From contig CM000434.1 in assembly GCA_000165345.1 (NCBI GenBank), positions 928,001 to 992,000 on the forward strand: 64,000 nt of DNA, written 5' to 3'. Shown here one piece after another: positions 61,794-64,000 of the stretch (positions are counted from its first letter, which is position 1; every line of letters starts with the position of its first letter). Both the position numbers and the translations under genes were made by a program. Below the pieces are notes generated by a model. It did not search any database and was not told the DNA's origin. It saw nothing but the letters and a program-made list of their open reading frames with translations.

Positions 61794-63296
61794 TTGTTAA
61801 TTATTATTTTGAGAGCTAGTTCTAGAATGACAGTATTATATTCCTACATTTCTCTTTTATTCTTATTCTTACTCCAGTTTTCCTTTGGTTCTTCATTGAA
61901 ATCGAATCCTTTAGGAAACGAAAATAATTATCAAGCTTACTCAGATAGAAATCATTATTCTAGTAATAAGAAGGTGGGTCCAAAGGGAATTGTATCTCCC
62001 GGAGGGCTAGGTTCTAATCGTGCTAACTATAGTTATAATTCCCAAAGTGTTAATAATGGAGGAGCTTTATCGCACAGCCGAACAGTTCATTCTAGAAGTT
62101 CATTATCGCCTGGGAATCAGATTTTACTAACACAACCCAGTAGTTCTTATTCAACTTCGTCTCTAAATCCTTCTGTACAGTCCACTTTCTATAAATATTA
62201 TTTAGAATCTATTGGAAAAAGCCCCACTGCTCAAAGTAGTCAATATAACATATACGGACAAAGATTTTCTAATTACTCCCCATTAAATCCTCATCGTACA
62301 CCATTTTATGACTATTACTTAAGTTCCGTTGGTCAATCTTCCTATAGAAAAGATAGTGATCGTTCTTACGATAAAAATAAACAAAAACCTTTAACTAATT
62401 TGGGATATAATGATTCTAAGAAACAATGGAGAGAACAGAAATCTATTTATGGACAGACTCTCCCACATAAATCTCCTACTACTGATTTACAAATAATTAA
62501 TTCTAAAAGTAAACAATCTTTGAGATCCCAACAAGGCAGTACAACGAAAACTGAAACTTCTCATTCTGAAAAACCACATACTTCTGAATTGAAAGAAGTT
62601 ATTGAACGACTTTCAAATGAAACGTCTACTGTAAGAGGCCCAGTTATTGACAAACAACCATTAACTTTATCAGTTATTCTAATTGAAGAAGATTACCAGT
62701 CATTTAGACGTGTAAGTCGTTGTTGCATTTTAATTCAGGATTTTGTTGATATAGCATTAATGATAATTTCAAATATTGTAAAAACTTGGACTGGGAATTC
62801 TGAACTATTAGAGGAGATGTTAATTCAAGCAACCACAGCTTTTTCTATTCTTCACTCTTCATTATCTAGCTGTAAGACTAAGCTTTTGTCACTTGATCCA
62901 TCAAATAAGTTTGCATTATCTATAACTCATGGGCCGTACATTGACGAAGAAACTGTTAAACACTCTGAAAAAAGTTTGGATATTGAGGATGAGAAACAAT
63001 ATAAGACTGTGCTACGTTCAATTCGTAAAATCTCCTTCAAAGTTAATGAGAATTCAGATTTAATAACTAAAATTTTCAAACTAAAACAAATGGATCAGCA
63101 ATGCAAAGATTTTGGCATAAGTTCTTGCAGAAGAGCTCTTATAAATATTCTTAATATATATTCAAAGGTCTTGAAAGAAGAATTAGACAAGGCTCAGCTA
63201 GCTGCAGATATTTATACAGCAAATGAGATATTTGATGAATCAGCTCAGTCAGACTTTGATAAATATGTACTAAAAATTTCCGAATCATCCGATTAA
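61794..63296 (+). CDS. Hypothetical Ser/Tyr/Asn-rich protein, probably secreted (signal-peptide-like segment after the second Met at 61827)
   Basis: ORF of 500 aa. MTVLYSYISLLFLFLLQFSFGSS is signal-peptide-like, followed by S/Y/N-rich low complexity and then a more ordered C-terminal approximately 200 aa. No motif recognised. Confidence 0.5.
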   Translation: MLIIILRASSRMTVLYSYISLLFLFLLQFSFGSSLKSNPLGNENNYQAYSDRNHYSSNKKVGPKGIVSPGGLGSNRANYSYNSQSVNNGGALSHSRTVHSRSSLSPGNQILLTQPSSSYSTSSLNPSVQSTFYKYYLESIGKSPTAQSSQYNIYGQRFSNYSPLNPHRTPFYDYYLSSVGQSSYRKDSDRSYDKNKQKPLTNLGYNDSKKQWREQKSIYGQTLPHKSPTTDLQIINSKSKQSLRSQQGSTTKTETSHSEKPHTSELKEVIERLSNETSTVRGPVIDKQPLTLSVILIEEDYQSFRRVSRCCILIQDFVDIALMIISNIVKTWTGNSELLEEMLIQATTAFSILHSSLSSCKTKLLSLDPSNKFALSITHGPYIDEETVKHSEKSLDIEDEKQYKTVLRSIRKISFKVNENSDLITKIFKLKQMDQQCKDFGISSCRRALINILNIYSKVLKEELDKAQLAADIYTANEIFDESAQSDFDKYVLKISESSD

Positions 63297-64000
63297 TATA
63301 AGATCATTTGGTTTTGATTTGAAATTTTTTAATTGCTTGGAAGAAAACGCATTAATAAAGTCAGCAAAAATTTGAGACTTATACACAATTATTTCAATCA
63401 TAATCAATTGACATATCATTTATTCGGTCAATTTTATTGATTAATGCACGTTATAATCATTGTCATTACTTTGGATTTCTAGAATTGTCAGGGCCTATGC
63501 CGAAAAAACCACTATTATGGCGGGTAGTTAATAATTGGTGAATTATTTCCCTTTGTGCCACATTGATATTTAGGCGGTAAAGTGACAATTTATATTTTAA
63601 ATCTCGTTTTTATTGTAATTAATCGAGGGATTTTAAATGACAGATTTTCTATTACTATTGTAATTGATTATATTAACTACCTTATAATTTAGGTATTTAG
63701 TTTAGGCATTCGGATTTGAATGCTTTTTTTATGCTATATTCGCCGTTAAAGTGTGGCTGTGCAAGTATTTTCTGAGTATTGTTTAGAACTTAGACTTAGG
63801 TTGCGTGTTTAGTGTAGATTATTATCATTCTTAATGGGGGGTAATTTTAATTTACAGTCTAGTAAAAGCTTCGTTTTAGAGTCAAATTCAATATTATTGA
63901 AATTGTACATTATACTTGAAACCAAGATAGTTGATTTGCAAATTTATTCTCTACTACCGAATATTCCACTATTAGTTTTAGACCCACTAATATAGACGTT

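Overview
This is a gene-dense eukaryotic window, roughly 30% GC with about 25 protein-coding genes in 64 kb. The standard genetic code gives long uninterrupted ORFs and most genes appear intronless. The few introns I found are short (59 to 165 nt) with GTAAGT (once GTCAGT) donors and YAG acceptors. Intergenic regions repeatedly carry E2F-like GC boxes (TTGGCGCC / GGCGGGAAA / CCCGCC) together with GCATGC(A) boxes and CACGTG. Gene density, composition, intron poverty and this motif grammar are what is described for Cryptosporidium-type apicomplexans; that assignment is an inference, not a search result. It is not a prokaryotic locus: I see no CRISPR, no operon-like arrangement, no transposase or integrase, and no rRNA or tRNA by eye.

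Genes recognised by conserved motifs: EF-1alpha (partial, window edge), a multi-TM class-I cyclic-nucleotide phosphodiesterase, a cullin-family protein, an alpha/beta hydrolase, anamorsin/Dre2, Ndc80, a large formin (FH1 + FH2), a UBC2/RAD6-type E2 (2 exons), ribosomal protein L10, calcineurin A, kinesin-5, and a TBC RabGAP. A six-exon calmodulin/myosin-light-chain-like gene is absent from the ORF track and sits head-to-head with an intronless EF-hand paralog. Several large Gln/Pro/Ser-rich low-complexity proteins and putative secreted proteins are also present.

Most worth a second look:
- a recurring promoter motif grammar, including an identical 17-mer upstream of both anamorsin and Ndc80;
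- the intron-rich EF-hand gene with promoter-type motifs inside an intron;
- a roughly 1.8 kb ORF-free motif-dense interval that could hide a ncRNA or micro-exon gene;
- perfect coding microsatellites (polyQ; 12x PGV nonamer).
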